64,000 nt of DNA from Octopus sinensis (Eukaryota), in NCBI RefSeq assembly GCF_006345805.1, contig NC_043012.1:9858001-9922000 (forward strand), given 5' to 3'. Shown here one piece after another: positions 1 to 12,880 of this stretch. Position numbers and translations under genes: made by a program. Under the pieces are notes generated by a model, which was not told the origin of the DNA, made no database searches, and was given only the letters and a program-made list of their open reading frames with translations. How positions within the stretch are numbered: the stretch's first letter is position 1; each line of letters opens with the position of its first letter.

Positions 1-330
1 TTTATGTTTCAGCCTTGAGGATGCGGCCATGCTGGGGCATCGCACGTGTAATCACCTTTTAATTGGCCAATTTTTTTGTTTTTACTTTTGATGAAGTGGG
101 GAGTTCGAAACTGCTGCCCTCTCTTGAGTTTCTTGCCTTGATATTGGTTCATCTGGGATCTTGGATAGCAAGTAGTCAAGTTCTTCCCTTGAAAACAACT
201 ACACTTACTCCATGGAAAATCCTCAGATGTTCTGGCAAGGAGTTAAATATCTGTGGGTTAGCGAATCCCAAGCTATTGCAGAACATGAAGCTCGCCTTAG
301 ATGAGACACCTGAGACTTTTGGAACGGCAG
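1..330 (-). mobile_element. 3' end fragment of a CR1/L2-group LINE (ORF2 C-terminus plus 3' UTR tail)
   Basis: Minus strand translates FCNSLGFANPQIFNSLPEHLRIFHGVSVVVFKG/LDYLLSKIPDEP...RAAVSNS, a typical LINE ORF2 C-terminal pattern (F/WN.LP...FK..LD). It is followed by the tail GATGCCCCAGCATGGCCGCA..GCTGAAAC. Confidence 0.65.
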
Positions 331-381
331 TGACGTCCATTACGTATATATGTAAATTTTTTCTATGCCCTTAATTATAAT

Positions 382-421
<40 letters not shown>

Positions 422-432
422 CGTGTGTGTGT

Positions 433-745
433 GTGGAGGCGCAATGGCCCAGTAGTTAGGACAGCGGACTCGCAGATGTAGGATCGCGGTTTCGATTCCC
501 AGACTGGGCGTTGTGAGTGTTTATTGAGTGAAAACACCTAAAGATCCATGAGGCACCGGCAGTGTGTGGTGGTGATCTCTGCTGTACTCTTTCGCCACAA
601 CTTTCTGTCACTCTTTTTTCTGTTGGCCTGCTCGCTTAGCCAGCGGGGTGGCGTCGTCTGAAGGTTAAAACAATGCGAAGCACATTGTGACCAGCGATAT
701 GTAGCAACATCTGATAGCCTGGTCGGTCACGGTGATCACGGTGAT
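433..745 (+). mobile_element. tRNA-derived SINE, family A (GGAGGCGCAATGGCCCAG head)
   Basis: A-box-like TGGCCCAGTAGTTAGG and B-box-like GGTTTCGATTCCC. Ends in (GTCACGGTGAT)-type repeats. Homologous copies at 57760-58060 and 30822-31173. Confidence 0.85.
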
Positions 746-754
746 ATATATATA

Positions 755-900
755 TCGAGACAATGGAATTTACCATGCTACGCCAGACTTCACGGTCCAT
801 CATGGCATTACGGAGGTCCTGTTGCTGGATGCCTGTATCCCTGGAGATTACATCAGGGTAGGAGAGTGTGCGCCCTCTGGTATTGCGAGTAGATGGCTTC
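755..900 (-). mobile_element. RTE-clade LINE 3' end fragment
   Basis: Minus strand KPSTRNTRGRTLSYPDVISRDTGIQQQDLRNAMMDREVWRSMV matches the RTE ORF C-terminus pattern (RGR...D....D........DR..WR). Confidence 0.75.
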
Positions 901-2399
901 AAGAAATCTCCTTGCATCTTACGTGATACAAATAAATACCATATCAATGCTAAGAAAATATTTAATCTCATTCTGTGACAAAGTCTTTCTTTATTAATTC
1001 TGAACATAAAGGTCCTTGATACAGTCTGAGATGGGACCTCCCTTCGTGGTTGGAAATTTTTCCTGAGCAACATATGTTTGTTTCATTATTTCCAGGCATA
1101 AACTTCCTCTGTGTAAAACACATTCCAATACTTGTGAATGTGTCCGGCAATGGTGGAAAACTGGGTAATGGGAAAGTATATGCAATATGGGTGTATCGGC
1201 AACTGACTCTCAATTTGAAAGATATCAGCATGGAAGTCTGTTAGGAGATTTTGAAGTGCAATGGAATCCTGTTTTTTTTCTACCTTCGATCTAGTGATAG
1301 AGTTGTAAACGGGACTGTGTGCTTGTGATGAAGATTTAATGTATGAAATAACATCACACAACTTTTCCAAGGCCGAAAAGTTCAAGAGACAGCAATCAGT
1401 ACAAAAATGCATAGTAGCTGTCTTTGGGGTTGATAATGGTGTCCGTGGCTGTACCGAGAAACTAAAAAAGCTTACAGAAGCCATTCAGAAGGAGAGACCG
1501 AACAAAACTCTGAAAGCAATACACGTTCACCATGAAAATGTTCGATTGCGGACGCTTGGCATCAAATCAAGAGATTGGCAAACGGGGCAAGTTAGTGCCC
1601 CCTCCCATTTCCCTTCGCACCCATCATACTTTACAGCCTCGTCCCGTTTGACATCCACTAGTTCGCAGCAGTAACAAAAATCATCGGGAACAATAATTTC
1701 ATGACAATGGATGTGAAAATGGTTGAGACGTTGGTACGATAATACAAATCTAATCTATGAAGATTCAGGTGTTGGGTCCAACGATCGGATAAATGCAACA
1801 TCTATGATAGAGATTATATTGAACAGCAGTATTATATACAGGACGGTTGCTGTGCCGACACGTGCAATTTATAACTGAGTTAGTTAATGATTTATGCTCA
1901 CTTTTGCATTATTTTCGCTATAGCCGTCATAATTTAAAATAATGAGAAGTTGACTATCATTGTTTTTCAAATGGTGGCTTGACTAGAAGCTCTGAGTATC
2001 ATTATCATACAATCGTTTTGTGCCGATAAAGAATTGATGTGGCTCGGAAAAATTAAAAAAATAAAATCAGTAAGCGATTAAAGAAAACTAATTAAAATAA
2101 AGGGGAGCAGAAAATGAATTGGTCCAGATTACAGCTGAATAGGATACGGGAACCATTCAAGGAATCATTCATGATAGGCAGCTGCTAAAACTTCACAGGC
2201 CGACTGATAAATAAATGATTTCACATAATGAAACAATGTACTACAAAATTAACATTTGGATGAAGCGATTATATTTTGATATTAAGTAGGAGTAGCACAA
2301 ACCACCATATACACATATATGTTTGTGCGCCTGTGTGTATCTGTCAATGTCAGCGCGTGTGTTTATATATATATTTTTCTTCCGTTTCAAATTATGATA

Positions 2400-2620
2400 A
2401 ATAATGATTTCAAACTCTGGCTCAGAGGCAATCATTTTAGAGGTGGGGAGGATTAGTCATTATGTTGACACCAGTATTTAACTGGTACTTAATCGACACC
2501 GAAGGGATGAAGAGCAATGTCAACTTTAGCAGAATATGAAGTCAGAACATAACGAATGGAAAAAATGCCACGAGTTTTTTTCTCCAGTGCACTCCTATCT
2601 GTTCTGCTAGCTCTCCCTTT
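2400..2620 (-). mobile_element. degenerate SINE, family B
   Basis: Diverged reverse complement of the family B core (CTGGTACTTAATCGACACCGAAGGGATGAA..GTCAACTT). Confidence 0.6.
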
Positions 2621-2926
2621 TCAATGGCTTTTCAACACCAGCAACTTTAGGGCAAGCGGATAACTAGATTTCACCAACCCCAGTGCTCCACTGGTACTTA
2701 CTTTATTGTCTCCGAAATGATGGAAGTCAAAAACAACCTGGGCGGAATTTGAACGATAAATCTGATAGGCCTTATCTGGAACCAGCGAGGGAGCAGATGC
2801 TCGATTTTTCCCTGATAGCCACCATAAAATCAAACGCCTGTTTCTTGAATAAATGCGGGGTGGGGTGGGGTATTTTGGATAGTGATTTGTTGGATAACAT
2901 CCTTTTTGGTTATACGGAAGGAACGA

Positions 2927-3336
2927 GCTGGTAGAAACGTTAGCAGGTCCGGGCGAAATGCTTAATGGTATTTTGTCTTATCGTTACGTTCTGAGTTCAA
3001 ATTCCGCCGAGGTCGACTTTGCCTTTCATCCTATCGAGGTCGATAAATTAAGTACCAGTTACGCACTGGGGTCGATGTAATCGACTTAATAGCTATGTCT
3101 GTCCTTGTTTGTCCCCTCTATTTTTAGCCCTTTGTGGGTAATAAAGAAATAGGTATTTCGTCTGTCGTTACGTTCTGAGTTCAAATTCCGCCGAGGTCGA
3201 CTTTGCCTGTCATACTTTCGGGGTCGATTAAATAAAGTACCAGTTACGCACTGGGGTCGATGGACTCGACTTAATCCGTTTGTCTGTCCTTGTTTGTCCT
3301 CTCTATGTTTAGCCCCTTGTGGGCAATAAAGAAATA
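2927..3336 (+). mobile_element. SINE family B (Meta/MESC-type core), internally dimeric, with 16-bp TSD
   Basis: Core GCCTTTCATCCTTTCGGGGTCGATAAATTAAGTACCAG occurs twice. TSD TATACGGAAGGAACGA at 2911-2926 and 3337-3352. Confidence 0.9.
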
Positions 3337-3879
3337 TATACGGAAGGAACGAATTTAATTATAAGCTTGCTAGATCACTGCTGAGCTGGGAGTAACACCT
3401 CTCCACATTTTATTATCGTTACTGATACCGTTCATAAACTCCAAATGCCAAGGCATCTATGAAAATAGTTGGTCCACGTTGGATTATACATTTTACCTGC
3501 TGTTCTCATATTCATGACTGCTGATAGTATCAACTATCCAACACCTATAAATGTGAAGTCTGAAAAAATCCAGAAAAATTTAGAGTTGAAGGGAAATAAC
3601 TGTAGGCATTAAAGGGAAATAAATACACATTTAAAATAGGAGTTTTATATATATTTACTGATCCCGTGACGCCTGAGTTGTAGCGAAGCAGGCGAAGTTA
3701 GAATACAATAAATTTGAAGTGAAGAAAATGCTAATCACTCATCTGATTGGAGACAAATTGCAAAATGAGATCAGGATGTTAATTTTTAGCCATTTTTAGT
3801 GAGTTTCATTCTGTTTCATTCTGTTTAAAAAAAAAAAATCCTAAAAGCAGGATGAATATTAAGTGTTCCTAATTTTTGG

Positions 3880-4505
3880 CTCAGAACCAGTAGTTTTGCG
3901 GAGAGGACGAGTAAATATAAGGGCGCAACTGGTTATCAACCCCAAATGAAGAAAGGCGCAGTCGACGTCGGCAGCAATACAATTCAGAACGTAAAGCAGG
4001 AAGAAATATTCGTAAGGTTTTCGTCCGGTGCGCTAACAATTCTGCCTGCTCGCCAAAAAAAACAACAACAATGTTATCAAATTTTGGCACAAACCCAGCA
4101 GGATTTGGGAAGGAGCTAAGTAGAATAAATCGACCCTAGTGTTTGACTGGTACTATTTCATCGGGCCCAAAAGGTTAAAAGTCAAAATCGACGTCGGCGG
4201 AATTTGAACTCAGAATATAAGAACGGGCAAAATGTCGCTAAGCGTTTTAACCGCCTTGCTAACGACTTTCCCAGCCCTACGTCTTTATAATGATTTCAAA
4301 TTTGGGCACAAAACCAGCTATTTCGGGAGAGAGAATATGACGATTACATTGACTCCAGTACCCAACTGGTCCTTATTTGATCGAGCCCGAGAGAACGAAA
4401 AGCAAAGTTGACCTCGGCGGAATTTGAATTCAGTAGGTAAAGAACGAAATGATGCTAAGCATTTTGTCCGATGTGCTTACCAATTCTGCCAACTCGCCGC
4501 TGTAA

Positions 4506-4546
<41 letters not shown>

Positions 4547-4584
4547 GCAGCAACAGCAACAACAACAACAACAACAACAACAGC

Positions 4585-4623
<39 letters not shown>

Positions 4624-5020
4624 CCTTAGTAGTATAGTCTCAAGGGCCGAAATTTGGGAGAGGATATAATCGATTTTATCGACCGCATTACACAACTGGT
4701 AATTATTTCATCGACCCCGAAATGATGAAATACAGAACCAACCCCGGCGGAATTTGAACTCAGAACGTAAAGACGGACGAAATGCCGCTAAGCATTCTCT
4801 TCTGACGCGGTAAAGATGATGACGACATCGATGGTGAAGACGATGACGATGACGATGAAGGATGGTGATGATGATGATGATGGTGATAATTGATAATAAT
4901 TCTTCGCACTAAAGGTACAATGCTGGAAATTTTGGAGAAAGGGGTTAAGTCGATTACATTGACTCCAATGATCGACAGATAATTATTTATTATCGACACA
5001 GGAAGGATGAATGCCAGTTT
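3880..5020 (-). mobile_element. cluster of about 4-5 degenerate family B SINE copies interleaved with (CAA)n/(GAT)n
   Basis: Repeated CGGCGGAATTTGAACTCAGAACGTA and ACTGGTACT..TTTATCGAC motifs near 3960, 4190, 4410, 4745 and 4980. Confidence 0.75.
4507..4622. repeat. (CAA)n microsatellite
   Basis: Seen directly. Confidence 0.95.
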
Positions 5021-5045
5021 GACTAATAAAATAATAGTCGATTAG

Positions 5046-5058
5046 TATAATAATAATA

Positions 5059-5089
<31 letters not shown>

Positions 5090-5113
5090 CGATGATGACG
5101 ACGACGACGACGA

Positions 5114-5147
<34 letters not shown>

Positions 5148-5155
5148 GGTGGTGG

Positions 5156-5189
<34 letters not shown>

Positions 5190-5209
5190 GGTGGTGGTGA
5201 TGATGATGT

Positions 5210-5243
<34 letters not shown>
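5046..5243. repeat. compound (TAA)/(GAT)/(GAC)/(GGT) microsatellite
   Basis: Seen directly. Confidence 0.95.
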
Positions 5244-5246
<3 letters not shown>

Positions 5247-5735
5247 AAGATAGATGCAAATAGGCCAGAAACACTTCAGACAAAAAAACCTGCCTCCTCA
5301 TTGATATGACTGTCCCAATCGATATAAACGTATCTGTCAAGACCTACCAAAAACTGAAATCAGCAAAATGTGGAACCTGAAGACCAAAACAATACCTGTT
5401 GTCATAGGTGCCCTGGGAATGATAGCAAAAGGGGCTGATTGCTACCTAACTCAGATACCAGGAAACTCAAAAATGGCAGAAATTCAAAAAATAATGCTCA
5501 TGGGTGCTGCTCATATCCTACTCAAAATACCTTCTATGTAATCTAAAGTTTTAAAACAAACATAAGTTTATTTTTTTTTAGACATCCACTAGTACAACAC
5601 CAAAAAGAAAAACAACCAAATACATGGCACCCTAGGCATAACAACAACGTGAACTTCCAATCTGGTGTCTCTTGAGGTCTCCGGGTAAGACTTGGAGCCA
5701 ACTTGTACAAATGTAAAGCAAAAGTCAAACATATA
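5244..5735 (+). mobile_element. R4/Dong-type non-LTR retrotransposon 3' fragment (RLE domain and 3' UTR), second subfamily
   Basis: Translates ..KIDANRP..CLLIDMTVP..KMWNLKTKTIPVVIGALG..EIQKI.LMG.AHIL*, homologous to 8420-8740. Followed by (CAA)n(TAA)n. Confidence 0.8.
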
Positions 5736-5739
5736 ATAT

Positions 5740-5874
<135 letters not shown>

Positions 5875-6262
5875 TTTTGCCCTGATGCAGTAGCAGACAG
5901 CGGCTCTCGTGGCTTCTCATCTTAACTGATTGGAAGTGTTATCATGTACATAGTTTTGTCTTGGTATAAAAGATGGGCTACAGCAAATATTCTGCTCAAT
6001 ACCTTAAATTTGCTTGTCAGTTGTTTGACCATAACCAGTTGAGCATGTCCCCTAGCGGCGGCTGATGATATGTGCATCTCTGATCACGAGCAGAAGTAGT
6101 GGGGGAGCATCATAGTTGTGTGTTGAAAAGAATTCTTGGAGGTTTGGACGATTCACGTTTGGGAACATGTGTGGTTAGTTCAACATCCTGAAACAATCAT
6201 TATTCAGGAACCTTTTGAGTGGGATGGGCTACTCGACCCGAAGACAATTCTAACTGGGCTCC
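5875..6262 (+). mobile_element. non-coding (TAA)n-associated interspersed repeat, 5' part
   Basis: Starts right after (TAA)n. 6104-6262 is homologous to 8902-9057. Confidence 0.6.
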
Positions 6263-8840
6263 ACAAAAAGTTCAACTCCGACCCCAAAAAGTTCTACCAA
6301 GAACTGGGCAAAAATAAAATAGAAGTCACTGCAGCACCAACGGCAGAAGAATTGGAAGAATTCTGGAAAGAAATATGGTCGGCGAACGAACAGCCAAAAA
6401 AAGGAGTATGAAAATAACAAACTCGGCATCTGAACAACTTTGGACCCCCATAACAACTGAAGAGGTCACCCAGGCACTGCAAAAACTAAGCAACTGGAAG
6501 GCACCTGGCATGACAAGATCCCCAACTTCTGGTTGAAATATCTAACAGGAATGCACAAAAAGCTGGCTGAAAACTTTAACAGCATACTAGCAGAGCCAGA
6601 GACAATGCCTGAATGGCTCACGAAGGGGAAAACCATCTTAATTCCCAAATCAAATGAAACAACAAAACCAGAAAACTACAGACCAATAACCTGCCTCCCT
6701 ACTATGTTCAAGGCATTTACTGCAGTGATATCGCAAAGGCTGAATAAGCACCTGGACGAAAACAACTGTTCCCAGAAGAGCAGAAAGGATGCCGCAAGGG
6801 CTCATATGGTTGTAAAGATCAACTAATGATTAATAAAGCCGTAACTGAAGACAGCCACAGAAAGAAGAAAGGCCTCAGTATGGCCTGGATTGACTACAAA
6901 AAGGCGTTTGATAGCATCCCCCCCACACATGGATCCTCGAAACACTAGCCATTAACAAAGTAGCACCAACAATCATAAAATTCATAGAGCACTCTATGAA
7001 TAAATGGCAAACAGTCCTACACCTCCAACAAAAGAGGGACTCATGAAAACCAAAGACATCCCCATTAGAAGAGGAATATTCCAGGGAGATACGCTCTCTC
7101 CACTCCTTTTCTGCTTGGCACTGTCACCTCTATCTGATATGCTAAATAGAACTGGATGCGGATATAAATGTTACGGCAAAACGTTCAGCCACCTTTTATA
7201 TATGGATGACCTAAAACTATACGCTGCAAATGACAAACAGCTGGAAACACTATTAAAGACAGTTCATGGATTTACCAAAGAAATAGATATGAAATTTGGA
7301 TTAGAAAAATGCGCCAAAGTAACCATGAAAAGAGGAAAACTAGTTACGAGTAACAACATCACACTAGATAAAACCAATGAAATAAAAGAATTAGACCAAA
7401 GCCAAACTTACAAATACTTAGGAATCCATGAACTAGATAAGACACAACACACACAAATGAAAGAGAAAATAAAAAAGAATATTATAGACGAGTTAGATCA
7501 ATACTAAAAACAGAGCTCAATGCTAAAAACAAGATATAGGTATCAACACTTAGCTGTCCCAGTTATAAGTTACAGCTACAATATCCTTAACTGGACACGA
7601 AATGAACTGTGCAAAATAGATAGGAAACAAGAAAAATACTGACAGGATCTAGGATGCATCACCCAAAATCTGACATAGAAGACTATATATACAACGTATA
7701 GAAGGTGGTAGAGGCCTTATACAGCTGGAAAACTACTATAAAATAACCACCATAGGACTGCAAAAATACCTACTTCAGAAGGAAGGAAAACTGATCCAGA
7801 TAGCAGCAAAACACGAGCAAAACAAAAAACTGTTCTCAGTATTTAAGGAAGCTGACAAATACAAACGAGAAATCATACAACCTAATAAACACAAAGAAGA
7901 AGAAGAAGAAGATGAAGAAACAACAAAAGCTATAAAACAAATGAAATCCAAACTAAAATAGAACAGCAACGAACCATGATAAAACGATGCAAGAAAAGCC
8001 CCTTCATGGTAAATACTGCACTAAACTAAACGCAAAAGAAAAGAAAAAGAAAAATCCCAGCAATGGTTGAGAAGCTCAGGACTCAAAGCAGAAACAGAGG
8101 GATTTTTAATTGCAGCACAAGACCAAAGCCTCCCCACCAGAAATTACCAAAAACATGTAATGAAAAGAAATATTACAAGTAACTGCAGAATATGTGGAGA
8201 TGGACAAGAAACAATAAATCATATTATCTCAAGCTGCCCAGTCCTGGCTAAGAAGGAATATACATGACAGAGTTGGAACCTACATACATTGGAAGCTATG
8301 CCAACATTATGGAATAACAACAGAAAAAAGATGGTATAGGCACACACCAGAAAAGGTCACAGAAAACGAGAAAGCAACCATACTCTGGGATATGCCTATA
8401 CACACAGATAGAGAAATTAAGGCCAACAGACCAGATATAGTTGTCAGAGATCATGAAGAAAAATAATGCTTTCTAATTGATGTATCAATACCGGCAGATG
8501 ACAACGTGTCTCTAAAAGAAATGGAGAAACTCTCAAAATACAAAGACCTGGAAATAGAGGTAACTAGAATGTGGAACCTGAAAACAGAATAATTCCTATC
8601 ATAGTAGGTGCATTAGGCATGATAAAAAAATATTCAGACAAATACATAACAAAACCCAGGACTTACAAACACATATAACATACAGAAAATTGCACTACTA
8701 GGCACTGCACACATCCTACGCAGAACACTTTCCATACAATAACCATCAGAGCATCACAACACTCACAGCACATACCCAAGGCACACAGAGCTGCGCTCGG
8801 TAGTGAAGTGAAAGCACGCTATAAAAATAAAACTACTGAT
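6262..8840 (+). mobile_element. 5'-truncated R4/Dong-clade RLE non-LTR retrotransposon (RT, CCHC, restriction-like endonuclease), frameshifted
   Basis: NWKAPG.D, YRPITCL, WIDYKKAFDS, GIFQGDTLSPLLF, YMDD, YKYLG, GGRGL, AAQDQ, CRICGDGQETINHIISSCP and RPDIV...LIDV motifs in successive frames, with a (TAA)n tail. Established R4/Dong architecture. Confidence 0.93.
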
Positions 8841-8858
8841 AATAATAATATAATAATA

Positions 8859-8901
<43 letters not shown>

Positions 8902-9227
8902 GGAGCATCATACCCATGTGTGAGAGGGATTCTTTGGGGTTTGAATTTCACCTCTGGAACATGGGTGGTTCTTTCACAAATGCTTAAACAACCCTTATTC
9001 AGGACCGTTTGAGCGGGATGGGCTACTCAACCTGAAAAAATTCTAACTGGGCCTCACCTGCTAGATCATGTGCTGTTTATCTTGATATGAGATCACCATG
9101 TCGCGCACATATGGTTGTGATGCATGTGCTGGTGTACCTTTATGAGACGGGTAGTCATGATGGGTATATTGGGCTTCGTATATTTTACCCCAGTGTCACT
9201 TTGATGGCATGAACTGCTCTCTCACTC

Positions 9228-9228
<1 letters not shown>
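8902..9228 (+). mobile_element. non-coding (TAA)n-associated interspersed repeat, 3' part
   Basis: Flanked by (TAA)n on both sides. First ~155 bp are homologous to 6104-6262. Confidence 0.6.
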
Positions 9229-9284
<56 letters not shown>

Positions 9285-9759
9285 TAATAATAATCGCTTC
9301 TATTATTGACACAATGACTAAAATTTTTGGATGATTCTTGACAATACTTGAGATCAAATAATCGTTATTACTTTTTTTTTTGTCTTTTTGTTTCGATATG
9401 AAACTTTTGCAAGTAAATCTAATGGAATAATGGAAATTTTCGTTTTTGATGTAAATCGAAAATATATTTTAAGAAAACTGAAAGACTGACTTAATTCCAC
9501 GAGGACTTCAAGATGATAAGCCTTATTATAAATGAAAAACTTATAGATGTATTAAAATTAAGTTTCTTTGTTTTTAGCTATTTTTATTCACCTCAGATGG
9601 CATAGTTGATAAAAAAAAGGGATTATTAAATCTCGTAGACTATATTTGAGATATTGTAATTTACGGTATTTTTAAATTTGTGAATTATTCATGAGAGTTT
9701 TCAAATTTGTCCATCAATTTATAAATACATCACAATCGTCCGCCTTCACAGATTACTGC

Positions 9760-10480
9760 ACATGGCTTAATATTTAAGTTACTGGACTGATGACCTTCAG
9801 ATCGTGAGTTCGATTCCCGGCGGCGCGATGTGTCCTGGAGAATAACGCTTTATTTTACGTAGCTTCAGTCCAAAAAATAGCAGTGCCTGCATTTCAAAGG
9901 GCAAGCCTCCTCACATTCTGTGTCATCCTGAATCTCTTTGAGAACTATCGTATGGGTACGCGTATGTATAGGCGGCGAGTTGGCAGAAACGTTAGCACGC
10001 CGGGCTAAGAAATATTTAACGGTATTACGTCTGCCGTTACGTTGTGAGTTCAAATTCCGCCGAGGTCGACTTTGCCTTTCATCCTTTCGAGGTCGATTAA
10101 ATAAGTACCAGTTACGAACTGGGGTCGATGTAATCGACTTAATATCTATGTCTGTCCTTGTTTGTTCTCTCTGTGTTTAGCCCCTTGTGGGTAATAAAGA
10201 AATAGGTATTTCGTCTGCCGCTACGTTCTGAGTTCAAATTCCGCCGAGGTCGACTTTGCCTTTCATCCTTTCGGGGTCGATTAAATAAGCACCAGTTACG
10301 CACCGGGGTCGATATAATCGACTTAATCCGTGTGTTTGTCCTTGTTCGTCCCCTCTGTATTTAGGCCCTTGTGGACAATAAAGAAATAGGTACGCGTACT
10401 TGTGGAATGTTCAGTAATTTGCATGTTAATTTCACGGATTACCTGGAACCAGTGTCGTCGTTAGGGACGGAGTGTCAGTG
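9760..10480 (+). mobile_element. older tRNA-derived SINE (family D) interrupted by a family B SINE
   Basis: Head TGGCTTAA..GAGTTCGATTCCC. Body is homologous to 13645-13895 (-) and resumes after 10389. Confidence 0.65.
9971..10388 (+). mobile_element. SINE family B dimer with TSD
   Basis: Two tandem core units. GGTACGCGTA is duplicated at ~9955-9964 and 10389-10398. Confidence 0.9.
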
Positions 10481-10879
10481 GTAGCGTTATTTAGCGGAGA
10501 TAACAGATGAAAAAAAAAATGGAGGCATACTAATTTTGAGGATTATATTTATGATATGGTCTGATTAAGGTAATTTTAAACATGTGAATTATTCATGACG
10601 TTTTGGAATTTCTCCAGTGGATGCATCAAATTCATAATGAAGATTAATGGAAATTCAGGTAAACACACACACACACACCCTTACTCTCACACACGCACAC
10701 ACATACTTACAGACAATAAAAAGTACATAACTTCTATAAGAAAAACGTATTTTTGTTTACAGTAATAATTTCTGTAGAATCAAAAATATAATTTGAGCAC
10801 TGAACACTGAATATTGGACATTATTTTAGCAAATGTTTTCTTCATAAGACCTTTTTTTCCTAACAGTTTTCACTGAAGT

Positions 10880-11380
10880 GCGCTTCATTGCCCATGGTGT
10901 CCGGTCGTCCGTTTTGGCGCTGTAGCATTAAGAACTTCTTGTCCTCTTCAATCTTCATCTGTCACAAAGCATCTGAATGAGCTATGTCAACGAGATCGTC
11001 CATCATTTCCAGAAAAAGTTCTCTTTTTTTCTTTTTCTTGCCTGCAGTTCTAGTGAATTTTTTCTGTAAACCTTTCCATTCGTCATTGACTTTGAGTACC
11101 TTATCAATGCAGCAGTCAGTTCTTTGATAAGAATTCGTGACTTTTGCAAAAAAAAAAAAAAATTGGAAACTTCTTGAATCACTAATGCTGTATTTCCTTC
11201 GCTATAAGATTTACAATTCTTATATTGTAGAAAAATAAAATCTCTTAAAACTTGCCGATTCGAAGGTAGTTTGGCTCCTACGATTTGATTGGAAATGGAA
11301 CCAACAGGAGTCACTTGAAAATCTTGTCTTAACTTGCGTGATGAACTGCCTGAAGAAGGTGATGCCATTTCACAGGTGTA
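10880..11380 (-). pseudogene. DNA transposase N-terminal remnant (hATm-like, tentative)
   Basis: IVGAKLPSNRQVL...ALVIQEV..F..KSRI...MDDLVDIAHSDAL*QMKIEEDKKFLMLQRQNGRP across frameshifts. Recalled as the N-terminal region of invertebrate DNA transposases; superfamily assignment uncertain. Confidence 0.6.
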
Positions 11381-11580
11381 GGAAGAACACGTCACAGAAT
11401 CCACTTCGCACCTGTACAAACAGTTCTGAAAGAAAAACATGAAAGAATTTGTCTTGAAAGGCATTATATTTGGTCACAAAATATGTATACAAGGCGCATA
11501 ACATTATAAAAACTCTCTATATAATCTCCTGTTCCCCTCCACACAAATTGCAGCTCTTGTGCCTATTGTAGAAAGGATTA

Positions 11581-11789
11581 CAGTAACCCCTTGCCATATC
11601 ACCATTCGCCTATCACGGTTTACCATTTAAGCATACGTCGATTCCTGCGTGGTGGTGTTTTGCCTTCATAATGAAATAAATATATACAAATGATAAAAAA
11701 AAGCATACAGTACAGTACTGTTTCTATTTCGCAGACTTTCACCTATCGCGGTTTGGAACCTAACACTCGCGATAGTCGAGGGATTACAG
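11581..11789. mobile_element. Tigger/pogo-like (Tc1/mariner) MITE
   Basis: TA|CAGTAACCCCT..ATATC at the left and GATAGTCGAGGGATTACAG|TA at the right form imperfect TIRs with TA on both sides. Confidence 0.7.
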
Positions 11790-12220
11790 TAAAACAACAA
11801 CAGTAAAAATGACCAAGTTAGGAATAGCAATTATTTCTGGAAAATTAATTTATCTGCTACTAGAGCATGTTGAATATTTGTATATAGGGTGGTTCTTTGG
11901 CTGCAACTTAGCTCATTTATATTCATATTTATATTCATAGTTTCATGGGTCTTGGTTTAAAATCTCACGTATTACAAACGGCAAAAGATGAACAATACTT
12001 AGCATTAATATAAACTATGAGAGGAGATGTATTTCAACGCTAAAGAGAAATGGTAGTGGTGGTAATGGTCTTGATAGTTTTGGTGGTGGTGGTGGTGGTG
12101 GTAGTAGTAGTGGCGGTTTTGGTGATGGTAGTAGAAGTGGTGATGTTGGTGGTGGGTATTAGTAGGTGTGGCGTTGGTAGCGATTGTAATAGTGATGGTG
12201 TTCGTAGTGGTTTTGGTGCC

Positions 12221-12880
12221 GATAGCTTTTGTGTTGGTTGTAGTTTCAGTGGTAGTACTGATTGTTAGTGATGTTGATGCTGGTAGTGGTGGTGGTGTTG
12301 GTAGTGGTGGTGGTGCTGATAGATTTTATGTTGGTTGTAGTTTCAGTGGTAGTACTGATTGTTAGTGATATTGATGCTGGTAGTCGTGGTGGTGTTGGTA
12401 GAGTGGTGGTGCTGATAGATTTTATGTTTGTTGTAGTTTAAGTGGTAGTACTGGTTGTTAGCTATGTTGATGTTGGTAGTCGTGGTGGTGTTGGTAGTAG
12501 TGGTGGTGCTGATAGATTTTATGTTTGTTGTAGTTTAAGTGGTAGTACTGGTTGTTAGCTATGTTGATGTTGGTAGTCGTGGTGGTGTTGGTAGAGTGGT
12601 GGTGCTGATAGATTTTATGTTTGTTGTAGTTTAAGTGGTAGTACTGGTTGTTAGCTATGTTGATGTTGGTAGTCGTGGTGGTGTTGGTAGTAGTGGTGGT
12701 GCTGATAGATTTTATGCTGGTTTAGTTTCAGTGGTAGTACTGATTCTTCGCGATGTTGATGTTGGTAGTGGTGGTGGTGTTGGTAGTGGTGGTGGTGCTG
12801 ATAGATTTTATGTCGGTTGTAGTTTCAGTGGTAGTATTGATTGTTAGCGATGTTGATGTTGGTAGTCGTGGTGATGTTGG
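12221..12880. repeat. 96-97 bp minisatellite, about 7 copies
   Basis: GATAGATTTTATG anchor recurs at 12221, 12318, 12414, 12511, 12607, 12704 and 12800. Confidence 0.92.

Noticed and set aside
433-510. tRNA gene
   Set aside because: tRNA-like head continuous with a SINE body and present in several copies; no complete cloverleaf.
900-1900. Overlapping 60-130 aa ORFs in complex sequence
   Set aside because: No family recognised; may be a decayed transposon, but unsupported.
9787-9820. CTGATGA motif
   Set aside because: Lies in the tRNA-like head of a SINE; no GAAA or stems.
12221-12880. CRISPR-like periodicity
   Set aside because: Units are wholly repeated with no unique spacers, and the context is eukaryotic.
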